Of a DNA stretch of 25,909 nt, positions 16,816-25,390 are shown one piece after another. Numbering within the stretch: position 1 is the stretch's first letter; every line of letters starts with the position of its first letter. Origin of the DNA: a virus (taxonomy: Duplodnaviria; Caudoviricetes); the IMG/VR virus record IMGVR_UViG_3300037518_000482, positions 1-25,909 of that record; one strand, given 5' to 3'. The position numbers and the translations under genes are program-made. The notes below the pieces were generated by a model. The model searched no databases. It was not told the DNA's origin and saw nothing but the letters and a program-made list of their open reading frames with translations.

Positions 16816-17538
16816 TCAGGTCCTCCCTGACCTCGCCGCCTCATGGGCGCGCCGTTCGTTCTCAGCCGCGTACGTCTGCGCCTCTACGACCTCGATCATC
16901 TGCACCGGTGTCCACGTGTCGAGGATCTCTCGCACGCTGGACGCCACACCCGTCTTTGCGAGCTCGGCGGCGTAGCGAACGGCCAGCGGCACGCCCGTCG
17001 GCTGCGGCACTCCGTAGTCTCGAGCTTCGACGCGAAGGTTGTACGGAGAGCGCGTCCACAAGGGCCCAAAGCTCTGCTGCACCTGCGCGGCGAGAGCCTG
17101 CCATTTCACCAGAGGTCCGAAGCCACAGCGAGCCCAGTCGCGCGCCGTGTCGATGTAGTCCTCGGTGACGCGCATGCGTCCAAGCACGAGCACGCCGAAC
17201 GTCACACGAACCCAGTCCGCATCCAACTGCGCCGACGCGACGCACTGCGCGAGCAAGCGCCCAAGCGACCGTATCGCCTCGACCGTGTGCGCCGAGTGGT
17301 CCAGCGGTGGCGTGTGGGAGATGCCCACCATCGCCGGATCGGCCGCGCCATTGGCGGCATGTTTCATGGCCGCGCCGATCACCTGATCAGGCGCCGCGAC
17401 GAACAGCGACAGCGTGTCACCCAGGACGCGATTGATCTCGGGCTCGAGCTTGAGCGCCGTTGCAGGATCCACAACCTGCAACAGACAGCGCCGGCCACCG
17501 ATCTCAACGCGCCGCCATGGCTGTCGGAAGTCGGTCAT
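16816..17538 (-). CDS. tail assembly chaperone-like protein 2
   Basis: Between tube and tape measure; C-terminal GVASSVREILDTWT..MIEVVE motif. Confidence 0.6.
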   Translation of the reverse strand: MTDFRQPWRRVEIGGRRCLLQVVDPATALKLEPEINRVLGDTLSLFVAAPDQVIGAAMKHAANGAADPAMVGISHTPPLDHSAHTVEAIRSLGRLLAQCVASAQLDADWVRVTFGVLVLGRMRVTEDYIDTARDWARCGFGPLVKWQALAAQVQQSFGPLWTRSPYNLRVEARDYGVPQPTGVPLAVRYAAELAKTGVASSVREILDTWTPVQMIEVVEAQTYAAENERRAHEAARSGRT

Positions 17539-18524
17539 TCATCACCGACCTCCGCAGCGGGCCCGCGCGAGTAGGTCACCAGCAGGCACTGCACGAGCAA
17601 GTCCCACTTGGCCCGCGGGTCATGCCGGAGGATTCCGTTGAGCACCTCGTAGGAGGTCACCCAGCCGTTGCCGAACTTCGGCACCATCACCTTCTTGCCG
17701 AGCACGCACAACTCGAACAGGCGCTTGACGTCGGCCACCGCAAGCCGACCCGCCAAGGCGTAGATGGCCCCTCGCACTAGGTCGCCAACAGTGCCTGCGA
17801 GCGAGCCCAGCAGGCTCTCCCACGCGTCGCGCAGGCGAGGGTCCGTCGTGTCCAGCCGCATGAGCCCGGCGAGGTCGAAGGTCCCGCGCCCAGCGGTCTC
17901 GCGCACGACCTCCGCCAGCGATGCGCCGAGCAGAGCGAGCCACGACGGGCCAGCGTCGCCATCCAGCGGCAAGACCCTAGCCACGTCGAACGCCTCGCCG
18001 CGCCCGATCGTCTCGTGCAGGGCCACTACGAGGCCGCCGAGCAACTCTCCCCACGCGGTCTGCAGTTCAGGGTCCGCGTAGTCGACCTCGCCTGGGTCTT
18101 CGGCATCCTCGGTCAGCCGCTCCAACTCGGCGACGACCGCCTCCCAATGCGCGCCAGTCGGGCCGACCCCCTCGCACGCAAGCACGGCCGCCACGCTGGA
18201 CCCGGTCCGCTGAGTGGCCTTACGGAGCATGTCCAGCGCGGCCAGCCAGTGCTCGCGCAACTTCTCCGTAGCTGCGGGCCGGCTCATCAGCTTAGACAGG
18301 TCGAACGAGTCGCCCGCCCCAGTCGCGTCCCGCAGGACGTCGACCAGCGCAGGGGTGACGCCTTCGACAAGCGCCGCGATCGCTGCCCCTGCCGCCGGTC
18401 CGAACGTGCAAAGCAGTATGCACTCGAGCTCGAACTGTTCGTCGAGTCCGAGCGGCAAGCACTGCCACGTTGTGCCCGCAAGCTCGAACACGACCGGCAT
18501 TGGCGGTTTGATCGTCTCGATCAT
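17535..18524 (-). CDS. tail assembly chaperone-like protein 1 with internal repeats
   Basis: ATG 18524 overlaps the tube stop (ATGA); begins FELAGTTW. Confidence 0.6.
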   Translation of the reverse strand: MIETIKPPMPVVFELAGTTWQCLPLGLDEQFELECILLCTFGPAAGAAIAALVEGVTPALVDVLRDATGAGDSFDLSKLMSRPAATEKLREHWLAALDMLRKATQRTGSSVAAVLACEGVGPTGAHWEAVVAELERLTEDAEDPGEVDYADPELQTAWGELLGGLVVALHETIGRGEAFDVARVLPLDGDAGPSWLALLGASLAEVVRETAGRGTFDLAGLMRLDTTDPRLRDAWESLLGSLAGTVGDLVRGAIYALAGRLAVADVKRLFELCVLGKKVMVPKFGNGWVTSYEVLNGILRHDPRAKWDLLVQCLLVTYSRGPAAEVGDE

Positions 18525-18991
18525 GCCGGGATCGCAGCCTCGATCTGCGCGGCGGTGAGCGTCGCGGGCTGGACGAACTGGGCGACCGTTGCACCCGGGA
18601 AAGTCCCCTCGAACATGTAGGCAACATTCGCCAAACCGTCGGCCGCGAGGTCTCGCGTGTCGGGATGGAGCAGCGAGCAGTTGACGCTCACATAGGCGTT
18701 CGTGCCCCACGCCAGCGATGCCTCCAGCACGGTGTTTGTGTCGCTCTGCAGTTCGGCCGCGGTGTTCAGCCAGACGTCATCCGGGTGCCCTGCCATGATC
18801 GTGACCGTCACCCTATGCGCGCGGCTCTTGTGGCGCGAATGAGTCACCGTATCGTTCAGTCCCTCTGTCATCACCGAATTCGGCGTCACCTTGGCGATCG
18901 AGATGAATGTGCCGGTCGCCGGGAAATTGGTGATGCGGTGCCCAGCGAGATGGAGGAAGACGGCTTCGGCTGGAAAAATGATCGTGCTCAT
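18521..18991 (-). CDS. tail tube protein (DUF3277-like)
   Basis: GHRITNFPATGTFISI, EGLND, VTVTIMAGHPDD.WL; follows the sheath. Confidence 0.8.
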   Translation of the reverse strand: MSTIIFPAEAVFLHLAGHRITNFPATGTFISIAKVTPNSVMTEGLNDTVTHSRHKSRAHRVTVTIMAGHPDDVWLNTAAELQSDTNTVLEASLAWGTNAYVSVNCSLLHPDTRDLAADGLANVAYMFEGTFPGATVAQFVQPATLTAAQIEAAIPA

Positions 18992-19003
18992 GGTGGGCTC
19001 CTA

Positions 19004-20413
19004 TCAAGCGAGAGCGAACGTGGCTGACACAGCGACTTTCAAGGCGCGGGGGATCAGTACCGTGCTGACCGCGATACCGCCCGACGTCATGTAGTCGCCG
19101 GCCGCGAGTTCCGCTGCCGGGATGTCCTCGAGCGGAACTGGGGTGATGACCGTCCTGGCAAGGTCGAGCACAGGTGGATCGCTTGTGCCAAGTTCGACGC
19201 AGACGCCCTTCACAGCGGCGACGAGTTTGGCGATGCCGGCTTCATCGATCGTGACGCCCTCGGGGCTCTCCATCGCACCGACGAGAGCCTGATTCGTCCT
19301 CAGCCACCAGTAGTCCTCGGCCTGCTTGTGTTGGGCAAAGAACCCACCCGCGCCGATGCCCCAGTAGACCCGGAGCGTGTCGACGGCGGACGGCCCATCG
19401 CGCTCGACCCACGACGACCGCTGCGCGAGCGCGTTGTCGATCTGCGTCTTGGTGTAGACGATCGTGGATGTGAGGGTGGTTCCGCCCTGTTCGGCGAAGT
19501 GCCACGCCCGAGAGCCGGGGAACTGCGCCCCATACCGGCCGAAAAACGCATGCGCCATCGGGTCCGAGTTGTTGGCGTGGCCGACGGGGAACGACCGGGT
19601 ACGGTTGAGCCCGACGAGTGTCGACACGAAGTTCGGCTCGGTCGCGCTCAGGGCGTCCGTGTCCGTGTGCTGGAGGAACGCCACATTGCGACGGACACTG
19701 GTCACGGGCGCGCTCGCTTCGACCCACCGACTCGCCTCCAGCATGATGCCCTCTGGCTCATCGGGGAGCGGGATGACTCCCCAGAATTTCACCACCGCCC
19801 ACGCGGTGTCGAGGCTCTCGTAAGGGCCTACGCTGGGAGTGAGGACCGTGATCGTGGTAGCGGTCGCACCCACGGGGACTGAGGCGGTGGCCACGAACGG
19901 TGCGCCCGCGACATCCGCCGTCAGCGTCCCCGTGTCCACGCCTGTGCTCAGGGCCGTGATTGTGGCCGCGAATGCACCGAGGTTGAACGCCGTGATAAGC
20001 CCGTCCTTGATCTCGGTGGCCGTGTTGCCACTCGCGGCAAATGTTGCGCCGACCACGGCGCTCCCACCCACGAGAGCGATCAGCAGGACGTAGTTCCCGT
20101 CGTCCGTATCGGTGATGGTGAACTCGGTCACCTGGGCAACACGGGTTGCCTCATGCACGATGCAGACGCGGGTGCACGGGGTAGCCGTGAAGGCACCTTG
20201 GCCAAGTACCTGGGCTGCCGCAAGGTAGGCACCGTCGGTCACCAGCCAGCCGTCGTCCAGCATCTCGTCGAGCGACGAGTACAGCTTGGCCGCTTCCACG
20301 AATGGTGCATCACCTTGCTCGACCGGGATCGCGGAGATCGGCAGATAGTTGACGGGGGCCGCTCCGGCGGACTGGAGGAACGTTGCGACTTGGACGACGT
20401 TGATCGTAGGCAT
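19004..20413 (-). CDS. tail sheath protein (DUF3383-like)
   Basis: YSSLDEMLDDGW...AYLAA..VLGQ, PGSRAWHF, C-terminal ALKVAVSAT; 469 aa upstream of the tube. Confidence 0.85.
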   Translation of the reverse strand: MPTINVVQVATFLQSAGAAPVNYLPISAIPVEQGDAPFVEAAKLYSSLDEMLDDGWLVTDGAYLAAAQVLGQGAFTATPCTRVCIVHEATRVAQVTEFTITDTDDGNYVLLIALVGGSAVVGATFAASGNTATEIKDGLITAFNLGAFAATITALSTGVDTGTLTADVAGAPFVATASVPVGATATTITVLTPSVGPYESLDTAWAVVKFWGVIPLPDEPEGIMLEASRWVEASAPVTSVRRNVAFLQHTDTDALSATEPNFVSTLVGLNRTRSFPVGHANNSDPMAHAFFGRYGAQFPGSRAWHFAEQGGTTLTSTIVYTKTQIDNALAQRSSWVERDGPSAVDTLRVYWGIGAGGFFAQHKQAEDYWWLRTNQALVGAMESPEGVTIDEAGIAKLVAAVKGVCVELGTSDPPVLDLARTVITPVPLEDIPAAELAAGDYMTSGGIAVSTVLIPRALKVAVSATFALA

Positions 20414-20422
20414 GGCGGGGTC

Positions 20423-21241
20423 CTATGCGGCCTGTAGGGAGAGTCCGGCTTGGCGCATGACTTGAGCAGCAACAGCACCGGTAAGGGGTCCGATCACGGC
20501 GACATCTAGCACGGCAAACGACTCACCGCGGTCCGTCGGGACGGTCGCCTCCGTGAACGGCTCGCCTGCAGGCCGGAAGCCGAGGCGGTACATGGTCGGG
20601 TCGAGATGGGTCTTGCGATAGAGCAGCGCGCTGGCCATCGCGTTGCGAGCCGCACTCGCGCCGGCGACCTCGCCAGAACGGAACGAAACCCGCCACGTGG
20701 CCGCGTGCAAGATCACGAGGAAGTTGACGATGCGCGGCATGACGGTGGCGACGGTGAGCAACGCGTCGTCAGCGGGCGCAGATGCAAAAACGGGCGTTGC
20801 CGTGGCTCCGCTGACCAGCACGCTCGCCGTGTCGTCGGGATCGGCCGCTGCCGTGTAGCCAGTTGGCAGATCCGCGGTGAGCTGCACGAGTAGCGCAGCG
20901 GCCGTTGTTGCGGGCGGGTCTTCGTCGACCGCCATGATCGAGATGCGCTGCGGCACGAGCGAATCGGCCGGGTAGAAGTCGACCCCGACCTCGCCGGCGC
21001 TGTCGCTCAGCACGGTGTAGCGCTGCACCATCGTGCGCAGGTAGGGCTTGATCATCTGTTGCGACAGCGGCACGAGCGAGATCAGCTCGATCGTCGCCTT
21101 CGGTGCAGGGCCTCGAGCCTCACCGTCGTCACGCGGGATCTGGACTCGGATGCGATCGCCGGGGACAGCGGTTGATCGCTTGATCCACGTGTGGATCGCG
21201 TTCTCAAGCGCGACCCAGTCTGCGGGGTCCGTGACGGCCAT
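20423..21241 (-). CDS. neck/tail terminator protein with inserted domain
   Basis: Upstream of the sheath; ENAIHTWI..PKATIELI..ATWRVSF..AVLDV; AGGAGGT RBS 7 nt before ATG 21241. Confidence 0.65.
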   Translation of the reverse strand: MAVTDPADWVALENAIHTWIKRSTAVPGDRIRVQIPRDDGEARGPAPKATIELISLVPLSQQMIKPYLRTMVQRYTVLSDSAGEVGVDFYPADSLVPQRISIMAVDEDPPATTAAALLVQLTADLPTGYTAAADPDDTASVLVSGATATPVFASAPADDALLTVATVMPRIVNFLVILHAATWRVSFRSGEVAGASAARNAMASALLYRKTHLDPTMYRLGFRPAGEPFTEATVPTDRGESFAVLDVAVIGPLTGAVAAQVMRQAGLSLQAA

Positions 21242-21297
21242 CAGCCCCACCTCCTGTCGGCCGGCGACGTGGAACGGCCGTTCTGCGGGGATGGGGG

Positions 21298-21326
21298 TGG
21301 CAGGACCGAACGCGGGTCGATAGACT
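21298..21326 (+). promoter_or_regulatory. putative promoter of the antisense moron
   Basis: TGGCAG-17 nt-TAGACT; ATG 10 nt downstream. Confidence 0.5.
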
Positions 21327-21336
21327 CAAGCGCACG

Positions 21337-21663
21337 ATGTCCACCGAACGTCAACCGGATGCCATTCTGCTGCGACACTTTTACTGGGGCTGGGTTGTCT
21401 ACGACTCGGACCTCGGCGAATCGTTCGAGGCCATTTTCACCACCGAGGCTGATGCGCAGGTTTACCGGTCCGAGAACTTTTCCGGCGATGCTGCACAGGA
21501 TCGATACGTCAGCGTGTTCCCGCTCATCCTGTTCCGCGGCAAGGCACACGAAGGTCGGGGCGGCCACCGACTGACCCGGGAAGAGATCGCGATCCTCGGA
21601 CCGTGCCCGCACCTGGACGACGCCCTTCGTGTTGGCGAGGGCGCTTGGCTGCCGGGAGCCTGA
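21337..21663 (+). CDS. hypothetical protein (opposite-strand moron)
   Basis: 108-aa ORF with protein-like composition that fills the gap between two structural genes and has its own promoter-like motif. Confidence 0.65.
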   Translation: MSTERQPDAILLRHFYWGWVVYDSDLGESFEAIFTTEADAQVYRSENFSGDAAQDRYVSVFPLILFRGKAHEGRGGHRLTREEIAILGPCPHLDDALRVGEGAWLPGA

Positions 21664-21665
21664 CG

Positions 21666-22118
21666 TCACCACGACGCCCCCCGATCTTGCGCCTTGTAGC
21701 GCAGGAACCGGGCCGGCCCGCGGAACGTCTCGTCCCAGCCCTCGAACTCGATCACTTCCCAGCGTCGGCCCTCCCACGAGATCAGGTCGCCGGGTGGGCC
21801 GTCTTCGTCCTCGGGCGGCGCGATCTGGAGTTCGGTCCATCCGAGATCATTCGGTGGGTCGTCTTCGTCCGCGGTGTCGTAGGCGGCCGACAGCGCGGCC
21901 GTCGTGACCCACACTCGCGCAGCGCCACCGCTCTCGTCTCCGTCGCTCTGGCGGTCCAGTGCGGTCGGCGGTTGCCGCTGCATGTGGAGCACGACCACGG
22001 CCGTCACTTCGGTCTGCGCTTCGGACGGGCGCGGGCTGCTGCCGTCGTATACGAGCGCCGTCCGACGCCTCACCTGCCGCGGACGCGACAGCTTCGTGAC
22101 GGCCGTGGCGAGGCTCAT
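21666..22118 (-). CDS. head closure/head-tail joining protein
   Basis: GDLISWEGRRWEVI motif; position. Confidence 0.7.
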   Translation of the reverse strand: MSLATAVTKLSRPRQVRRRTALVYDGSSPRPSEAQTEVTAVVVLHMQRQPPTALDRQSDGDESGGAARVWVTTAALSAAYDTADEDDPPNDLGWTELQIAPPEDEDGPPGDLISWEGRRWEVIEFEGWDETFRGPARFLRYKAQDRGASW

Positions 22119-22567
22119 CGGCGCACCTTCACCTTCGACCGGACGGCACGCTTCATGGCCCCGGTCTCGACCAGCTTTGCGGAGCTGCCCTTGTGAGCCA
22201 CCGTCGCAGGCGCGAGCGCGGGCCCGCCAACGCTTGCGGAGCCGAGCATGTCCCTCGCGAGCTTGGCCGCGTCGTCGCCGACCTCGTCCATCGCGGTCTT
22301 GGGGGCTGCCCCGCCGGCGATGTCGTCCACCGCATCGGCCATGCTGCTGGCAAGTTTGTTCTTACCGTGGTCCGCTGCGACGCTCAGCCACGGACGGGCC
22401 GGAGCATTCTTGCTGCCGAACTCGGCCCACGCACCCTTCTTCGCGACCTTTCCGAACAGCCCGGTCTCAATGCGAACACCGCCAGTACGGGTCAGCCGGC
22501 GACGCATCTCCTCATACCCGAGGTCGATGTCCTCCAGAACGATGTCGCTCGTGACAACCGAGGCCAT
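22115..22567 (-). CDS. neck protein (HK97 gp10-like)
   Basis: AEFGSKNAPARPWL, PALAPATVAHKGSSAKLVETGAMKRAV; TGATG overlap at 22567. Confidence 0.8.
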   Translation of the reverse strand: MASVVTSDIVLEDIDLGYEEMRRRLTRTGGVRIETGLFGKVAKKGAWAEFGSKNAPARPWLSVAADHGKNKLASSMADAVDDIAGGAAPKTAMDEVGDDAAKLARDMLGSASVGGPALAPATVAHKGSSAKLVETGAMKRAVRSKVKVRR

Positions 22568-22980
22568 CAGCAACCGCACTTCCCGCTGAAGGCCGTCCCC
22601 GTATGCTGCCGGCCCGCCCTGCATTGCTCGTACTTGCCGAGCAGCATGGCGAAGGTCCGACCGTAGATCGTCCCACCAAACGCACCCGACGAACTCGTCG
22701 CGCTCGAGTAGGCCACCGCAACGTCGCCAACTCGCTCACTCGTGACGTCTGCCGACCCCGCGCCGCTGTCGGGGTCCGACGCGATCAAGTGCTGAGCGAG
22801 CAATTTGATCGCCATGCAGGGATCAACGCAACACCCGAGCCAAGCCGCGTACTTGTCGGCCTGGCAGGCGAGCGGACCGAGCACGATCACGGTCGCGGTG
22901 TCGATGAACAGCGCCGCGATCCCAGCGGCGACGTCCTCGAACTGCGGCCCAAGGTCTGCCTGTGTGATCGTGCATGCCAT
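22567..22980 (-). CDS. head-tail adaptor (DUF4054-like)
   Basis: PQF, LLAQHL, VTSERVGDVAVAY, TIYGRTF. Confidence 0.8.
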   Translation of the reverse strand: MACTITQADLGPQFEDVAAGIAALFIDTATVIVLGPLACQADKYAAWLGCCVDPCMAIKLLAQHLIASDPDSGAGSADVTSERVGDVAVAYSSATSSSGAFGGTIYGRTFAMLLGKYEQCRAGRQHTGTAFSGKCGC

Positions 22981-22983
22981 CGG

Positions 22984-23169
22984 TCATCGCTTGGACATGA
23001 GCAAGGCGACTTGATCGGTGACGATCGACTCCACAACGTCGGCCAGATCGTCCTTGGTACCGACGACTTCGCCGTCGACCGTGGTCACCATGACATCGGA
23101 TGGAGATTTGCTGGTCGCCACGTCGCGGACCGCCGAGGGTGCGGGCGACGGAGTAAAGGCGTCGCTCAC
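22984..23169 (-). CDS. small hypothetical protein
   Basis: GTGA-coupled 61-aa ORF filling the gap. Confidence 0.55.
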   Translation of the reverse strand: MSDAFTPSPAPSAVRDVATSKSPSDVMVTTVDGEVVGTKDDLADVVESIVTDQVALLMSKR

Positions 23170-23684
23170 TTGCGCCTCGGCTTCCGTGCGGGCTCGACCT
23201 TCACCGGCTTGGCCCGCTTGGCCATGATGGCGTGTTGTTTGGTCAGGGCAGCTGCAACGATGCCGCTCATCGGATCGCGGACCGACAGTTCGGCTTGCTC
23301 GATGTACTCGAGCCCCGCGAGCGAGAAGGTCCGCCCGGCGAGCTCGACCAACGCGGCTGCGCTGGTTGGCATCGCTGGTAGTACTCGGATGTCACCAGCC
23401 AGCGGACCAGGTTCCTCGACCGAATCTGGCGCGGGCAGTCGCTCCTTGACCCCCGCGTGGCCGAGTGCCGCTGACCACACCGGCGCGGGGACGGGGTTCA
23501 GGCCGGGACGCAGGACGAGCAAGGACCCCGCGACGGTGACTGCCAGTGGCGCCTGGAGGTGAGCCGGCACATCGTCTGGCCCGACCACGTCCACGAAGAT
23601 CGTCACAACGGGCTCAGGCTCCCGCCTTGGCTTTCGCTCGGCGGGCTTTGGAACGTCGATCTTGGTCGTGGTCTGCTCGTCCAT
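23166..23684 (-). CDS. post-capsid hypothetical protein (paralog B)
   Basis: LVLRPGLNPVPAPVW motif; GAGGA RBS. Confidence 0.7.
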   Translation of the reverse strand: MDEQTTTKIDVPKPAERKPRREPEPVVTIFVDVVGPDDVPAHLQAPLAVTVAGSLLVLRPGLNPVPAPVWSAALGHAGVKERLPAPDSVEEPGPLAGDIRVLPAMPTSAAALVELAGRTFSLAGLEYIEQAELSVRDPMSGIVAAALTKQHAIMAKRAKPVKVEPARKPRRK

Positions 23685-23695
23685 GAGTCACATCC

Positions 23696-24214
23696 TCACG
23701 CCGACATCGAGGGCTGCGGCACAAAGGCGGCCGGCCTCACATACGGGGAACTGGAGATCACGACCGGGTGCTTGCGCAGTTGATCGTCGATCGCCTGCAG
23801 CAGCGCGTCCCGGTCCTGACCGTCGATCACCGACGCCTCCGCCAGCTCGGCCCGCAGCCATCGCAGCGACGGGTGGCAGTACGACCGGTCGATCATCCCC
23901 GTGAGGGTCTGCTCGTCAATCCCTGCCACGTCCTTCAGGGTGCGGATCTCCCTGGACTTGATCCTCGAGTCGATGCCCGGGTAGTTGGGGTAGTGGGCCC
24001 ACGTCTTGGCGTCGATGCGATTGAACCCCGGCTGCAAATGCAAACTTGGCACACCCTGCTCGGGTTTGGCCGCGTTCAGCGGCGACATGCGATGCGGGAT
24101 CTTGCGGCCGCCTTTCGGGTGCGACCCGATGTTGCCGTTGTAGTCCAACAGCACGAAGGCGGGGGCGTCGGCAGTGCGCTTGGGGTCTTGCTTGGGGTTG
24201 CTCATGTGGCTCAT
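23696..24214 (-). CDS. post-capsid hypothetical protein (paralog A)
   Basis: LHLQPGFNRIDAKTW motif; ATGA overlap with the capsid gene. Confidence 0.7.
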   Translation of the reverse strand: MSHMSNPKQDPKRTADAPAFVLLDYNGNIGSHPKGGRKIPHRMSPLNAAKPEQGVPSLHLQPGFNRIDAKTWAHYPNYPGIDSRIKSREIRTLKDVAGIDEQTLTGMIDRSYCHPSLRWLRAELAEASVIDGQDRDALLQAIDDQLRKHPVVISSSPYVRPAAFVPQPSMSA

Positions 24215-25368
24215 CCGAGAGTGAAGTCGATGTAGAAGACCATCTCCGGCATCTTGGCGATCAAACCACCATGCCGACGGATCAGGTAGAAGTAGGTCGT
24301 CAGGTCACGGACGAATGGCCCAAAGACCATCGTGTCGGTGTGCTCCATGTGGAGCTTCATGTCGTCGCGGCCGAACAGCACCCAACGGGGTCCGTTGCTG
24401 TCAGCGTTACCGAGTTCCAGGTTGTCGGACTCGACCATGTTGGCGAGCCACGGGTAGCTCTGAATCGCATTGCTCCACGCCGTGACACCGGTATTGGTGT
24501 ACACGGTGTTCTTCAGCGCGACCATGTCGGAGGTCGGCATCACGCCTCCGGTTGGCTTTCGCCCGCCATTCGCCCGCTTGAACATCGCCTCCCATGACCC
24601 AATCGCCAGGACCATCGCCTGTGCCGTCGCGCCCGAATGGAAGGCCGTGCCACCGATGATCAGCGGTGCATTGCCCATCGTGAACGCGCCGGTGACCTGC
24701 TTCGTGGCGTCGCCCCACGAGCTGACCGATTCCTGGAAATCGTCCAGGCCCAGCACTGCCGCATCGCTGCGCTCGGTCTGGATGTTCAGACGCGTGAACT
24801 TCTGCGACCACGTCTCGGGAATGCTCACCTGGTACGCGATGCCGTACCAGTGCGCCCCGTAGTTCATCACGTCCCCAACACTGTCGGCGTTCTGCAACGC
24901 TGACAGGTCGTTGAGGTTGGTCCACTGCGCTTGGCCGGTTGGCGCGCGGACCTGGTACTGGGACGCGTTCGCGCCAATATCCAAGGTCTGCCGCGACGGG
25001 ATCAATTCCGGCCCTCGCGAGCGCACGAACATGTAGGGCTTGTCCTCGCCCCTCCGCACATTCTCGGCTGGGCTCAGGATCTGCGTCAGCGTGCTCGAGG
25101 CAAAGTCCTCTGCGTCCCGACGCGCCTGGGTCGGACTGTACTGCTGTGCCTCGGCGGACCCGTCCTGTCGCGCCTGCTCCATCAGGTGGTTCGCGATTCG
25201 AGGGACCGCGATGTCCATCGCCCCGAGCTCTAGTCCGTACTTGGAGGAGCGATGAATCACTCGCTGGCCGCCCCTGGAGTCTTGTCGGACGTCGACGGTG
25301 CTGATCACCCCGGGGTCGATGTAGCCGACGCGGGTACTGGAGATATCGAAATTGATGCGTTGACTCAT
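24211..25368 (-). CDS. major capsid protein (DUF2184 family, HK97 fold)
   Basis: LTQI, ELIP, GA..QY.V...GQA, YGIAYQVS..E, WGDA...VTG, HGGLI..P..VFYID; GAGGA RBS. Confidence 0.85.
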   Translation of the reverse strand: MSQRINFDISSTRVGYIDPGVISTVDVRQDSRGGQRVIHRSSKYGLELGAMDIAVPRIANHLMEQARQDGSAEAQQYSPTQARRDAEDFASSTLTQILSPAENVRRGEDKPYMFVRSRGPELIPSRQTLDIGANASQYQVRAPTGQAQWTNLNDLSALQNADSVGDVMNYGAHWYGIAYQVSIPETWSQKFTRLNIQTERSDAAVLGLDDFQESVSSWGDATKQVTGAFTMGNAPLIIGGTAFHSGATAQAMVLAIGSWEAMFKRANGGRKPTGGVMPTSDMVALKNTVYTNTGVTAWSNAIQSYPWLANMVESDNLELGNADSNGPRWVLFGRDDMKLHMEHTDTMVFGPFVRDLTTYFYLIRRHGGLIAKMPEMVFYIDFTLG

Positions 25369-25390
25369 GGCTCAGTTCCTCGTGCGCGGG

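Noticed and set aside
17535-18710. ORF-track N-terminal extension of the chaperone; a lambda G/GT-type frameshift between the two chaperones
   Set aside because: The extension overlaps the tube gene. The second chaperone has its own GGAGG RBS and ATGA start, and I saw no slippery heptamer.
10553-20413. Headless contractile injection system or tailocin
   Set aside because: Capsid, decoration and head-tail adaptor genes are contiguous, so this is a phage virion module.
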